Origin: Octopus sinensis
Lineage: Eukaryota
Direction: 5' to 3'
DNA: 64,000 nucleotides
Assembly (NCBI RefSeq): GCF_006345805.1
Contig: NC_042998.1
Span: forward strand, 106,330,001 to 106,394,000
Positions 11,405 through 24,574 of this stretch are shown one piece after another. Every line of letters starts with the position of its first letter. Position 1 is the stretch's first letter. Below the pieces are notes generated by a model. The model did no database searches. It was not told the origin of the DNA and saw only the letters and a list, made by a program, of their open reading frames with translations. The position numbers were made by a program, and so were the translations under genes.

Positions 11405-11796
11405 TATATATTCTTTTATTTGATTGCAGCCATACTGGAGCACCATCTTTAGTCAAACAAATCAACCCAGGTTTTATTCTTTGTAAGCCTAGTCCTTATT
11501 CTATTGAAATCTTTTTGCCGAACTGCTAAGTTACGGGAACATAAACACACCAGCATTGGTTGTCAAGAAATGGTGGTGGGACAAACACAGACACACTAAT
11601 ACATACATACATATATCATCATCATCATCATCGTTTAACGTCCACTTTCCATGCTAGCATGGGTTGGACGATTTGACTGAGGACTGGCAAACCAGATGGC
11701 TACACCAGACTCCAATCTTATATGGCAGAGTCTCAACGGCTGGATTCCCCTTCCTAACGCCAACCACTCTAAGAGTGTAGTGGGTGCTTTTACATG

Positions 11797-11850
<54 letters not shown>

Positions 11851-12000
11851 CGGGCTTCTTTCAGTTTCCGTCTACCAAATCCACTCACAAACTGCTTTGG
11901 TCAGCCTGAGGTAACACTTGCCCAAGGTGCCACACAGTGAGATTGACCCTGGAACCACGTAGTTGAGAAGCAAGCTTCTTACCACACAGCCACTGCCATA
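11405..12000 (-). mobile_element. CORE-type SINE interrupted in its internal microsatellite by an RTE 3'-tail fragment (11615-11802)
   Basis: SINE 3' half 11405-11610, SINE 5' half 11845-12000, RTE tail with (ATC)n between them. Confidence 0.85.
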
Positions 12001-12003
12001 TAT

Positions 12004-12062
<59 letters not shown>

Positions 12063-12131
12063 CATATATATACATATATATACATATATATATACACATA
12101 TATATACATACACATATATATATACATATAT

Positions 12132-12180
<49 letters not shown>

Positions 12181-12699
12181 CATTTATCTTCCTTTAAGCT
12201 GTTAGGATGAAAATAAAACTTCCAAGAATATACAGTTTCCAATGTAATATTTCAAGTCTTATCCACATTTTCATTGATTTATTGAAGATAAAGCTACATA
12301 GATATAACTACATGGTTTATAGGTTAAGAACAAAGAATGTGCATCTGTGTGTGTGTGTGTGCATGTGTACGTGTGTGTGTGTTTGTGTGTGTGTATGTGC
12401 GTGTGCACTCACACATGTATGTATATACTCATTCCTGCATGCATGAATTTGCCCCGCATTGTAAAATATTTATGAATATAACAATTTTCTTTGATAAGAG
12501 TGAAATATTTCCTTTATTAATAATAGTTGCATCTGGTTAGTAATATTTCTTTATTTGGTCTCCAGAATTCCTTCTTTTTTTTTTTATAAACTGGAAGTTT
12601 TTGCTAGATTGATGTAGGAGTGTTAAGTTTTAAAAACACTCTCTACCAATATTTTGTAGTGAGCACACATTCCATATTTGTAATATATGTAAAGCATAA

Positions 12700-12915
12700 G
12701 GTGACAAGCTGGCAGAATTGTTAGCATGCTTGTAAAAATTCTTAGTGAAGTTTAATCCATCTTTATGTTCTGAGTTCAAATTCCACTGAGGTCAACTTTG
12801 CTTTTATCTTTGCAGGGTCAATAAAATAAGTACCAGCTGAGTACTAGGGTTAAAGTAATTGACTTGCACTTTCCCTTGAACTTGCTGGCCTTGTGCTAAA
12901 ATTTGAAACCAATAT
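12700..12915 (+). mobile_element. tRNA-derived SINE (Meta-like domain)
   Basis: GCTGGCAGAATTGTTAGCA head, GAGTTCAAATTCC B-box, GGGTCAATAAAATAAGTACCAG. Confidence 0.75.
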
Positions 12916-13072
12916 TTGTAAAGCATGTTTGCTTAAATGTTTGTGAAATGCTTGAAATGTTCTGAACTGTACTTCGCTGCTAGTGGAATGTGTATTAACC
13001 CTTATGATGGATGCCAACCCTCCTGAAACCACCTCTGGTATCATGAAATCAGCTTTCTGTTTTAAAGTGGTC

Positions 13073-13292
13073 TACAAGGGGGTGCTAAAAGTTCCTGGCT
13101 TTAGGTAAAAGAAAATATAGGAGGATCAGTTAATTATGATTCTATTCAACATATTCCCCTTTCAGATTCACACACTTACTGCAGCAGCCCTTCAGTTTTT
13201 CTAAGCCCTATTAAAGAACTCAGAAGGATGGATCTCCAACCAGGCTTTTCACAACACCCTTAAGGCCAGGAACTTTTTAGCACCCCCTTGTA
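13073..13292. mobile_element. Tc1/mariner-type MITE
   Basis: TIRs CAAGGGGGTGCTAAAAGTTCCTGGC / GCCAGGAACTTTTTAGCACCCCCTTG flanked by TA on both sides. Confidence 0.88.
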
Positions 13293-13749
13293 AATTAAAA
13301 CCTTCCCTTAAAATTTCATGTAAAATAATGTTCCAAACAACAGCTTAATAATGACAAAGTCATTTTACTAAATCTTTCATTATTTAAAAAAATGTATTCA
13401 AACAAAGATAAGGAGATTATTATTTTAAGTGAAATAGTCATGAGCATATGTGGTTGATAGCCTAGAATTTCATTAACTCACATGGGAAGGATGGAATTTA
13501 TTGAGGTGGATTTTCTACGGCCAGGTGCCCATTTTGTCACTAACCCTCACCTGTTTGCAAGTAATGTTATGTTCCTCATAACCAGACTTGCATGATGGTA
13601 ACGTCTGTTTACTACTATCATGTGAATACAAAGCAAGGAGACAATCACACACACATACATGCACATGCATTCATACACACATACATCCACATAGGTATGC
13701 ATGTATAAATATATACACATATATATATATAGTCCAACCCATGACAGCA

Positions 13750-14320
13750 TAGAAAGAGGCATATATATATATAAGTTCAGTAAAATTTAGATTCAGTTGA
13801 ATATGGTACTTAAGTTAAAGGCACCAGAATTTAGTATGGTTTTATCCATATAATTCAAAATGGGGTGATTACAATCAAAATAAGCAACAAGGATATCCAG
13901 AGGTAATGCAGTACGATCGTTTCATGCAACTCCATTTAATTGAACAATGCAAATATTACATCAGTTTTAAAATGTAGAGCAATCTTCAGCTGCATAAAAA
14001 TATAGAATTTAGTTAAATTCAAAGGATTCATTTGAATAGTTATTCTATTAACCAAAATCACAAAGAGGATAAGTAGATAGATGAAACATGTTCTTTGTCT
14101 ATCTACTTATCCTCTTTGTGATTTTGGTTAATAGAATAACTATACAAATGAATCCTTTGAATTTAACTAAATTCTATATTTTTATGCAGCTGAAGATTGC
14201 TCTACATTTTAAAACTGATGTAATATTTGCATTGTTCAATTAAATGGAGTCGCATGAAACAATCATACTGCATTACTTCCGGATATCTTTGTTGCTTATT
14301 TTGTTATATATATATATATA
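13750..14320. mobile_element. Fold-back, PLE-type non-autonomous element in an (AT)n tract; ~206-bp inverted arms
   Basis: Arms 13876-14081 and 14098-14303, 16-nt spacer, a handful of mismatches; HHR motif in each arm. Confidence 0.75.
13906..13995 (-). ncRNA. Type-I hammerhead ribozyme motif with long stem II
   Basis: ATGCAG-CTGAAGA-(59 nt)-GAAAC-GATC-GTA-CTGCAT: 6-bp stem I, canonical core, palindromic stem III ACGATCGT, GUA cleavage triplet. Confidence 0.72.
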
Positions 14321-16755
14321 TTAGACTAGACTACCTGTAACTTGTTGGGTCACCAGGAAACTCTGAGTTACCCAGCAACGGAATTTTTTGTGGGTTTTTT
14401 TTTCTTTACCAGGTTATTTCACATGCTTTCAACAAATGTAACATCAAAAGAAAAGATTTGGGTGCTATTTCTTGCATGCCCTGCTACCACGTAACAGGTA
14501 TTTTGGGTCCCTTATAGCAAATAGCTGTTATGTGGTAGCAGGGCGTGCTAGAAATAGCAGCCAAATCTTTGGAGATGAGATACATTTAATGCACTCAAAA
14601 ACAAACCTACAGAAAAAAACTATTTCACACTGCGGTTATGAACAAGTCTTTTATGAAATATTAAATGTATTTTTGAAGTCATTTTTACTTTAGAATATTT
14701 TTTAGACATGCCAAAATATTTTTTATAGTATTCACTTGAAAATAATTTTAAAAAACATTAAAATATTGCGTTTAAAAAAAGCTAAAATATAAATACTTAC
14801 TGTCCAAACAACTTAAATTTTTGAAATCACATTCACTTAAAAATATTTCTAAATGATTAAAATACTGTGTTTAACAAAAGCAAAAATAGAAACATTCACT
14901 GTAAAAAAAAAATCATCTGTTCGTTGTCAATTCACTGTCTAATAGAAAGATAAGAGTTTCTTCCCTTTCAGGATGAAGATTATTTTTGGAACATTTTCCC
15001 ATTATGCACTGTTTTAGGTATTTATACTCCCAAAATCTCTAATATCTTCAAAGCCACTTTAACAATTTATGCGAAACTTGTTTCATTCCATTCATATTAA
15101 CATTTCAGGGTAAACTTAATTCATAGTATTTTCCCATAATGCGCCAGTTTGGTTAAGTAACATTGTAAGCAAGCAAGCTACAAACTGACTTTTAATGTAT
15201 TATATATATATATTATGATTACATATATACACACACATACATATACATACATATACATGCACATACATACACATGCATTTATATATATATATATATCCTT
15301 CATTCTCATTATTATTCTCATCATCCCTTCTCAAGCTAATTTTCCACTGATCGGCCCCTTTTCCTGTACCTTCAGTTATATTTTCCACCCCTCTGAGCTG
15401 TATCTTAGGTCAGCTGTTACATTTTTAATGCCTCTCCTATTTGCTATCATTAACACCAATGCCCCCCTCCCCAGCACATTTCTTGCCCCACTCACTACAG
15501 TTACCCCAATGTATCACTCACCTCAATCTCTGGCACAGTTCATCTCCCTCTCCCCTCCCACCTCTACTCTCACACCTTGCAATCATCTCCTTACTTTCTG
15601 ACCTATCTACAGATTTAAGATACTGTTGCTCTCCACCTTTCTGTGCTGCTGCATGTTGCCTCTCCTTTCTGTGTTGCTGCATGTTGCCTCTCCCTCCTGA
15701 GCCACTTCTATCTCTCTTACCTTCATCCTTCATATTCATATTCACTATTAACTATATCTCTGATCTGGTTCATCACTCACTACATTCACCTGTGGTCCCA
15801 TTTCTAACCCTTCATCACTCTACTCCCACTTATCCACAGTCTATATCAGTGATTCTCAAGCACGATCCATATGAATCCTAGAAGTCCATGTAAAAGCTTT
15901 GGGTTACATGCAATCAAAATAGTAAATCAGTTGTGCTTTCAGGGTTCATATAAAAATGTTTGCTTTAGATGTATTTATTGCAAGAAACAGCTAGGTTTCT
16001 TTTTCTAATGTTTTACATAGTTTGACATGTTTTACATAGCTTAACATGTTTTACATAGTTTATCATGTTTCCAGCCACTGAAACACGTTCTCTCAGTGAG
16101 TGTTATTGCAAGCCTACACAAATAAACATGTGAAAAACAAAATAGTTATTTTAAAAGATGCATCTATAAAACTAGCTTTTAAATATCGAATGGCTATGAG
16201 GATCCACCAGAATAAAGCGTTTGAGAATCACCGGCCAGTACTCTCCCTTATACTCACCTTATGCTCTCAAACCTCAACACTACCATCTTTATCTCCCTTC
16301 CAGCTATTCCCACCTGCCTTTGGATAATGTGGAGTAGCCCTGTATCTTTCCTATAGCAAGACACCCCATGCTTGTACCTCTACTATAATTTAGCCTTCAA
16401 CACATGGAATAAAGTCACTCCCCCCACCTCTCAAGTACACTCCCACTCAGTCAAGTGGGCTTTTTTTTTTCCTTTCTCTTTTTTGTCTTGCAAGTTACTT
16501 AGCAACTTCACTGCTAAGTGCTGGTATCGCAGAAAAAGAACCCTGTACAGTAAAAGTGGTTGGCATTAGGAAAGACATCCAACCATAGAAACCATGCTGA
16601 AGCTAACATTGAAGCTTGACACAGCTCTGTAGGTCACCAGATCCTGTCAAATCATTCAACCCATGCCAGCACAGAAAATGGACTTTAAAATTGAACCCAG
16701 AGTGAAGAGTATTATTTACACATGGCTTATGCACATGGAAAAAAACTTTGATAAG

Positions 16756-17173
16756 TTAACCCTTTCGTTACCGTATATTTTGAGATGCACTGTGTTTCTT
16801 TCAATTACTTTAAATATAACAAATCATCATCATCATCATCATCATTTAGCGTCCGTTCTCCATGCTAGCATGGGTTGGACGGTTCAACTGGGGTCTGTGA
16901 AGCTGGAAGGTTTCATCAGGCCCAGTCAGATCTGGCAGTGTTTCTACGTCTGGATGCCCTTCCTAACGCCAACCACTCCGTTAGTAAAATAACTTAGTAA
17001 AATAACTTAGTAAAATAACTTAGTAAAATAACTTAGTTATCATTAAGCTAGTGTTAGGGAGATAAATTGTGACTAAAGTTTGGTGGAAGATTTTAATTCC
17101 AAACTTATGAAAACAAGACATTTTACCACAGAGCCAGAGCCAGTTTCAGCCGGGTTGGTAACGAAAGGGTTAA
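16756..17173. mobile_element. piggyBac-type MITE interrupted by an RTE 3' tail (16823-16980)
   Basis: TTAA-CCCTTTCGTTACC ... GGTAACGAAAGGG-TTAA. Confidence 0.85.
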
Positions 17174-17876
17174 ACATCGGTGCAAACAGGATCTTGGTTA
17201 GTCCTTCTGCAACAAAGCCTCTTTTAGCCCCAACACACAATGTATACATTAAAACTTTTCTCCATGCAAAAGACTCAAAGTAGCATGCGATCCATTTTTC
17301 TCTTTCCATCCTTTTTACTTTTGTTATATGTCAAACTTGCATTATGAATACATACACTAATATATTTTCAGATAAACTATATAGTACAAAAGCATTTATT
17401 ATGTTTAAACATATTCTTAAATTGTTATTTCCATACATATGAATACGGAAAATAAAACTATTTACCCCCTTATATTAAAAAGTTAAACTTGTTTTGATTA
17501 AACAAAAAATATACGTGTATATAGAAATATCTTGACCCATTTTGAACCTTTTCTCAGTATTTTTTCCATATATAGATGTGGATGAGTGTGTGTATCTGTA
17601 CATATATTAAACATACATGCAAATATTTGTGTGTGTGTGTGTGTGTTTATGTGTGTATGTGTGTGTGTGTGTGCATGTATAGGTATGTATGTATTTAGAC
17701 AGACAGACAGATAGATAGATAGATAGATAGTGAAATATATCTATTTTGCTTCAAGCTGTTAGAATAAAAATGTAACTTCTAAGAATATACAGTTTCCAAT
17801 CCAAGTCTTACACACATTCTATTGATTTATTGAATATCATGGTAATATATATATACATATACATACATATATACAT

Positions 17877-17878
17877 GC

Positions 17879-17909
<31 letters not shown>

Positions 17910-17990
17910 TGTATGTATGTATGTATGTATGTATGTATGTATGTATGTATGTATGTATGTATGTATGTATGTATGTATGTATGTATGTAT
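17877..17990. repeat. (TATG)n microsatellite
   Basis: Direct inspection. Confidence 0.95.
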
Positions 17991-18042
17991 ATATATGTAT
18001 ATATATATATATATAAGAATATATATATATACACATATATAC

Positions 18043-18075
<33 letters not shown>

Positions 18076-18443
18076 ATATACATGCACATGCACACACACG
18101 TGTGTGTGTGTTTCAGTTAAAAGAAACAACTCAGAGTAGCCAGTGGTATGAATTTGAGTAACAAAATCAAAGAAAGACATGCTGAATATCATACAAGATA
18201 AATTCTTGCTTTGTGGAGGCAATCTTTACTTTAAGAGAAGGTGAACAAAGGCCTGATGGCAATTACATATGATTCCCAATAAGAATGGGAGATAATCTCA
18301 AGGAATCAAAATGTCTCCTAAATAAACATGACATTCCATTAAGAAAACGTATGATTTTGTTTTGGATCTTTTTCCTGTGGACAAGGAGACAGCTGTTAAT
18401 TCATATTTATGTGTTCCTGTGAGTTTGTGTGTGTGTGTACGTG

Positions 18444-18479
<36 letters not shown>

Positions 18480-18639
18480 AACAAAACACAAGATATTGTT
18501 TATAAGGTATGTATTTAAACCATCATTTTACATATATTTCATTAACATAAGGTGATTATTGGATACAGTATACAAAATTACAAATGACATAATCAGCACT
18601 TAACTATCAAATCATCAGAGAGGTGTAACTATTAAAATT

Positions 18640-20260
18640 AATAATGTCAGAATGAAAAGGTGACTGTAATGGAACCATCTCCATGATGGTCACTACAGTC
18701 ACCTGTTCATTCTAATAATATTATGTTTAGTAATTACTCATCTCAGCTGATTTAACAATAAGTGTTGAGAGCATAATTTGTAACTTTGCTTTATCTAACC
18801 AATAATCACTAAGACTTCTTAAGTCTTCTGCATTCAAGGCTCATGTCTCACTACCATGCAGCATTGCAGTTCTGATGCAAGCCTCATACAATCTCTTCTT
18901 CATTCTGAGGGAAAAGACTCTTGTCAGCAGCAGTAATAGCTCCCAGAACATTTTCCAACCTGTTCTTACCTAGGCTATTATACTTTCGAAGCAGCCCACC
19001 TCACCTGTTAAATACATCCCATGTGAAGCAAAAGCAGTCAACTACTTCTTGTAAACTATACAGGTAGTTATGGAAATTTATTTCCCTTGTGCTCATAGTA
19101 TGTAGTCCTCTAGTGCATGTCACATATGAAGGTTGTATTCTCTGTTAGTTTGCCTGTAATTTCACTACACCTCTTGTGTATCCATAGCTGACATTTGGCT
19201 CAGCATGTTGAGTTTATCTTTGGTAAGTTAACCTTAAGGCTTTTCACTTTTAAGTTTAGCTTCCATGCAGAGAATTTCCTCTTTAAATCCTCTATAGATT
19301 CAACTATGACAACTAGGCCATCAGAAAATAGGTGCTCCCATGGATATCCAATCTTTAACTCCTATGTGATGGCCTGTATGATAATAATGAATTAGAGGTC
19401 ACTGAAACTCATCACTGAAATCTTTATTGACTTTCACTACATCTTTGTACATAGTTTGTACAGCCCCCATGGCCACCTAATTACTGAGTCAAACACTTTC
19501 TTCAAGTCAATGAATGCCAGGAATAGTGATTAATTCTTAGCCAATTATTTCTCCAACAGTTGCTTCATTATGAAGGTTATATCCATGACACCTCTTCTGG
19601 CAAGAAGCCAAATTACATCTCATCTAGGTCTACTCAGTTACAGATCAAGTCCTTCTTTAACCTTCATAACCTGATCCAGAAGTTTGAATTTTTTATAGTT
19701 TCCTCTCTCTAAGGCATCTCCTTTGCCTATGTAACCATGTACAATGATATGAAAACTCTTGTCATTAGATAAGACTCGTTGCATCATTTGATTTAACTAT
19801 TTGAGTGGAAATCATATATCCTACCTCACCAGATATTTTGAATAACTCTGCAACTATCCACGATGAACCCATAGCTTTCCCTCTCTTTATGTCCTTAATG
19901 GCTTTATCTAATGTGCTGCTATCTGATTGCATTGGTGGTTTCCCTGTAGAGTTAGCATGAGGTTGCCCCTCCATATTCCATTTACTCTCCACATTCAGAA
20001 GTCACTTATAATAGTACTTCTATGTCACATTTTTGTCTTCTATATTGAAAGTGAGCATGCTTTCATCATGCACTTTTCACCAATGATGTCTCAGTTCTCT
20101 CTCACACACTGTCCCACAATCCAGAACACTTCCCATTTGCACTGTATCATTCTCAGATTTTTATTGGCTTCTCTAAGTACAACCATGCTCCAGAAGATCA
20201 AAGAGAATGAAGCCCTTCTCATGCCAAAACAGTCACCATTTGTGCTAAGTATTGGCTCTT
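18640..20260 (-). pseudogene. Old, heavily decayed RTE LINE relic
   Basis: Residual peptides LDKAIKDIKRGKAMGSSWIVAELFKISGEVG, KCQLWIHKRCSEITGKL, VRTGWKMFWELL match the RT/PHD protein of copy 1. Confidence 0.7.
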
Positions 20261-20446
20261 GAACTTCCTAGACCTTAGAGAAGAGATGTGATGCCCATCA
20301 ATAGATTGAACCTTTATTTACAGATCATACAGATGCATCTATACTTCATCCCTGTCATCAGATCAGAAAAAAAGCACAACTTATGTCAATTAATACAGAA
20401 TCGTACCCACTTCTGCAATAATTTTGGTACAATCTTGAAAGAACAA

Positions 20447-20801
20447 CTGTGTGATAAGAAACTTACTTCCCAACCATGTGATCATGAGTTCAGTCCCACT
20501 GTGTGGCACCTTGGGCAAGTTTTCTACTAAAGCCCCAGGCCGACAAAGCCTTGTGAGTGTATTTGATATAGACAGAAACTGAAAGAAGCCCATTGTATGT
20601 GTGTGTGTGTGTGTGTGTGTGTCTTTGTGTTTGGCCCCCACCACCAGTAGACAACTGGTGTTGGTTTGTTTACATACCTGTAAGTCAGTAGTTCAACAAA
20701 AGGAGACCAATAGAATAAGTACCAGGCTTTAAAAAAAATAATACAGAGGTCAATATATTCAATTAGATCCTTCAAGGTGGTGTCCCTGCATGGCTGCAGT
20801 C
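20447..20801 (+). mobile_element. CORE-type SINE
   Basis: GAGTTCAGTCCCACTGTGTGGCACCTTGGGCAAGT core, internal (GT)n, conserved 3' half. Confidence 0.82.
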
Positions 20802-22081
20802 CATAAATAATGCACCTTTTTCAATTACATGAACTAAAAGTCAGAGGGAGACAGGATAAACTACCTACATCAACTTACTATCAAAACAGGTAGTAATTTT
20901 ACCTTGTACTTATTCTTAATGCAAGGTTTGAAGAGTACAGTTCGATTTTAACAGTTATTTTTTTAAAGCTATAATAGAAGTGACAAAAGAGATATTCAAC
21001 ACATTTAGCTTTATGAGTTCAATAAAGGCAACAATGCAATGGAAAGTGCAAGGAATATTAATGCAGTATATGGGGATTGGACAATAAGCATAAGCCAGTG
21101 TCAACGGTGGTTCCAGAAATTCCAAGCTGGAAACTACAGCCTAAAAGATAAGCCTCATCCTGGAAGATCTGTAGAGCTTAACAAGGACATCCTGCAAACT
21201 CTAGTTGAACAAAATTCCATTGTAACTGTCAAGAAACTAGCAGAGAAGCTTGGGTTTGGTCATTCAACCATTCATCATCACCTGTGTGTCATCAGAAAAG
21301 TCAGCAAATTGGGTCATTTAGCTCCTCGCAAACTCTTCGAGTCTAATCGCATGCAGAGAGTAAATGTGTGTTCTTGTTTGCTGTCATGTCTCACGAATTA
21401 ACCTTTTTTGGACTGCGATGGGTGACTGGTGATGAGAAATGGGTTCTCTATTAAAATGTCAAGCACCAAAGACAGTGGGTAGGGAAAGGAGAAACACCAG
21501 CACCCCAGGCTAAAGAAGGTCTTCACCCACATAAGGTGTTGTTATCTGTTTGGTGGGATATGAAAGGTTTAGTCCACTTTGTACTTTTAAATCCAAATCA
21601 AACAATAACAAAGGAGATCTACTGTGAGGAGCTTGAGTGGCTTAAGTCAGTGCTAGAAGTAAAACAACCATCTTTGGTTTCAAGACAAAAAGTATTCTTC
21701 TATCAGGATCATGCTTGGCCACATGCAGTGAGGATGACATTCCAAAGGCTGGAGCAGTTTGACTGAGAAATGATGCTCCACCCATCATATTCACCAGACA
21801 TTGCCCCATCTGATTATCATTTATTCTGCAGTTATCAAAATCATTTTGATGGAAAAAATATAAATTCTATAGACAAGGTCAGAACAGTACTAGAGGAGTA
21901 TTTTTCATCACAGACGAGTGAATTCTTGAAGAGGGGCCTTGCATATCTACTAGATAGATGAAAGAGCATTGTAGAAAATGAAGGAAAATATATTTTAGAT
22001 TAAAAAAGAACTTTGTTTATCTTAATTTTGAAAAATAAAAAAAGTATTAAAAAAACTGCATTATTTATAGGATGACCCAAT
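20801..22081 (+). mobile_element. mariner (DD34D) DNA transposon, decayed; left TIR truncated
   Basis: Right TIR (reverse complement ATTGGGTCATCCTATAAATAATGCAG), left remnant CCATAAATAATGCAC; transposase motifs VTGDEKW, LLSVWWDMKG, YSPDIAPSDYHLF. Confidence 0.92.
20974..22003 (+). pseudogene. mariner transposase with multiple stops and frameshifts
   Basis: ORF fragments 21039-21401, 21536-21766, 21770-21961; ends EGKYILD-TAA. Confidence 0.9.
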
Positions 22082-22084
22082 GCA

Positions 22085-22495
22085 TACATGTATGTATGTA
22101 TGTATGTATGTAGTATGTATGTATGTATGTATGTATGTATGTATCTATGTATCTATGTATCTATGTATGTATGTATGTGTGTATGTATGTATGTATGTAT
22201 GTATGTATGTATGTGTATGTATGTATGTATGTATGTATGTATGTATGTATCTATGTATCTATGTATCTATGTATGTATGTATGTGTGTATGTATGTATGT
22301 ATGTATGTATGTATGTATGTATGTATGTATGCATGCATGCATGCATGTATGTATGTATGTATGTATGTATGTATGTATGTATGTAGATGTGCATGTGTGT
22401 ATGTATGTATGTATGTATGTATGTATCTATGTATCTATGTATGTATGTATGCATTTATGTATGTATGTATGTATGTAGATGTGCATGTGTGTATG
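22085..22495. repeat. Long compound (TATG)n microsatellite
   Basis: Direct inspection. Confidence 0.95.
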
Positions 22496-22615
22496 TGTGT
22501 CTCTTTGTCTTTACATCATGTGATAGCTGCAAATGATTGTCATTGTCATACAATATTCAGAGTCATACATTTCCAATATTCTGACCCATCCAAGCATCAA
22601 AAAGTGAACATTAAA

Positions 22616-22655
<40 letters not shown>

Positions 22656-22931
22656 CAATAAGACTGCCTTGGTTTTGGCACAGTTATATGACCCCAATAA
22701 CATTCAGTTGGGCTACAGCATAACTTTTAAGTGACATCGGACAATTTCAGATTATTGATTATTTTGTATAAGGACTTGTAAAGCAATAGCAAAGGAATGA
22801 AGTTCACTTAACAATGTAAAAAGTAGAAAATAAATAAGTTTAGTATTTCACCTTTAACACACGCACATGCGCACGTGCACACACACACACATACATACAC
22901 ACATGCACACACACACATGCACACACGCATG

Positions 22932-22964
<33 letters not shown>

Positions 22965-23286
22965 GTGAACTGCAAAATTCAAAATGAATTGTCAGCACAA
23001 GACAGCACCAAACCTTTCAATTTATTCATTTGTTACTGTAACAATAATTTAGAAACATACAAAAGCAATTAATATTTTTTTTTAAATAATGCATTTTACA
23101 ATGAAATTATTATTTCGGACTGACTACACAGTAAATGTATCTGAACAATGGTATAAATGATACATTTTACTGCTTTCACTGTGTGTGTTTCTGTTCGTTT
23201 TAATCCTCCAACTCACCATTCACTATCTAATTCAGCTTCAACATCCACAGATTACATTTTAAAAAATATCTAGCAAATCCTTTCAT

Positions 23287-23515
23287 AGGCGCAGGAGTGG
23301 CTGTGTGGTAAGAAGCTTGCTTCCCAACCTCATGATCCCAGGTTCAGTACCACTACATGGTTCCTTGGGCAAGAGCCTTCTACTATAGCCTTGGGCCAAC
23401 CAAAGCCTTGTGAGTGGATGTAGATGGAAACTGAAAGAAGCCCGTCATATATAAATATGTATATATATGTTTGCTATTTGTGTCTGTGTTTGTCCCCCCA
23501 CCACCCCAGCATGGT
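23287..23515 (+). mobile_element. CORE-type SINE, 5' half
   Basis: GGCGCAGGAGTGGCTGTGTGGTAAGAAGCTTG head; GGTTCAGTACC B-box; CCTTGGGCAAG. Confidence 0.85.
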
Positions 23516-23890
23516 TGTCGTGTCTAATGAACGAAACATATAAAAGATATATAAAGATATCGCATCAATATATATATATATATATATACATATATATAAA
23601 TACAGTGTACATTTAAACACATAACAGGCAACCATCATAGGACTCCTTGCATGCTAGAGAGAACTGTTAAATTCCAAACCACTATTAGGGATAAAATTTA
23701 GAAGGGAATGAAAAATAAAAACATTTACCATCTAACTCCTAGACTTTTTTTTAGCAAATAAAATAATTTGCTAGGCAAAGTCTTCTTCAGCAGGTACACC
23801 TTAGATTAGATATGTATACACAAGGCAATCCAGTATATGCCCCACGCTTATAAATTCTAATTTTGGAATTTCCAATATTTTTGATTACCC

Positions 23891-24135
23891 TAAAAGCACC
23901 ATCCAACTGTGGCCGTTTGCCAGACTTGTCTGGCACCTGTGCAGGTGGCACGTAAAAAGCACCCACTACACTCATGGAGTGGTTGGCGTTAGGAAGGGCA
24001 TCCAGCCGTAGAAACATTGCCAGATCAGACTGGGCCTGGTGCAGCCTTCTGGCTTCCCAGACCCCAGTTGCACCGTCCAACCCATGCCAGCATGGAAAGC
24101 GGACGCTAAACGATGATGATGATGATGATGATGAT
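23891..24135 (+). mobile_element. 5'-truncated RTE 3' end with (GAT)n tail
   Basis: Matches 1950-2191. Confidence 0.88.
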
Positions 24136-24574
24136 ATATATATATATAGGTAAAAATAGGAGTTGAAAACACTGAGAATAGTTAAAATATTTTTTACTAA
24201 TATATTTAAAGCTTTAACCAGTTTCATAGTTTACACTTATTTTCAAAAAGCTCAAATAGAAAGATGTGGCTTGTGTCGCAGCTGTCTTGCTTCTGACTAG
24301 TGTTTGAAACTTGCACTATTTTTATGGGGAGTTCATGGTTCAAATTAGTATATGTTCAAAGAATAGGATATGATTGGAAGAGGATGGTCCCATGACACGT
24401 CTTAGAAATTTTTGTAGATTCCCTGCTATGTCTGTGTGTTATTATCAAGTGACAATGTGTGGTGTCATAAGTTAAGGCTGATTCAGTTGACTGAACCTGT
24501 CCAAATAATTAATGCTCTGAATGTTTTCTGTCAAGTCTTTGTAGAGAATGAACACATGATTCAGTTTATGAGTT

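Noticed and set aside
11872-12540. Long Tyr/Ile/Val/Cys/His/Thr-rich ORFs here and at 17808-18161, 22080-22723 and 41754-42328
   Set aside because: Translations of (AT)n, (TATG)n and (CA)n microsatellites
12850-13070. ORF MIPEVVSGGLASIIR as a possible exon
   Set aside because: Weak splice signals, overlaps a SINE tail, cannot be joined in phase with the other candidates
15215-15881. Pro/Ser/Leu-rich ORFs of 128-146 aa
   Set aside because: Pyrimidine-rich low-complexity repeat sequence; a similar tract occurs at 29620-30110
14972-16095. Plus-strand micro-exon candidates 14972-15017 and 16075-16095
   Set aside because: No coherent open frame when joined with neighbours; expected by chance in AT-rich DNA
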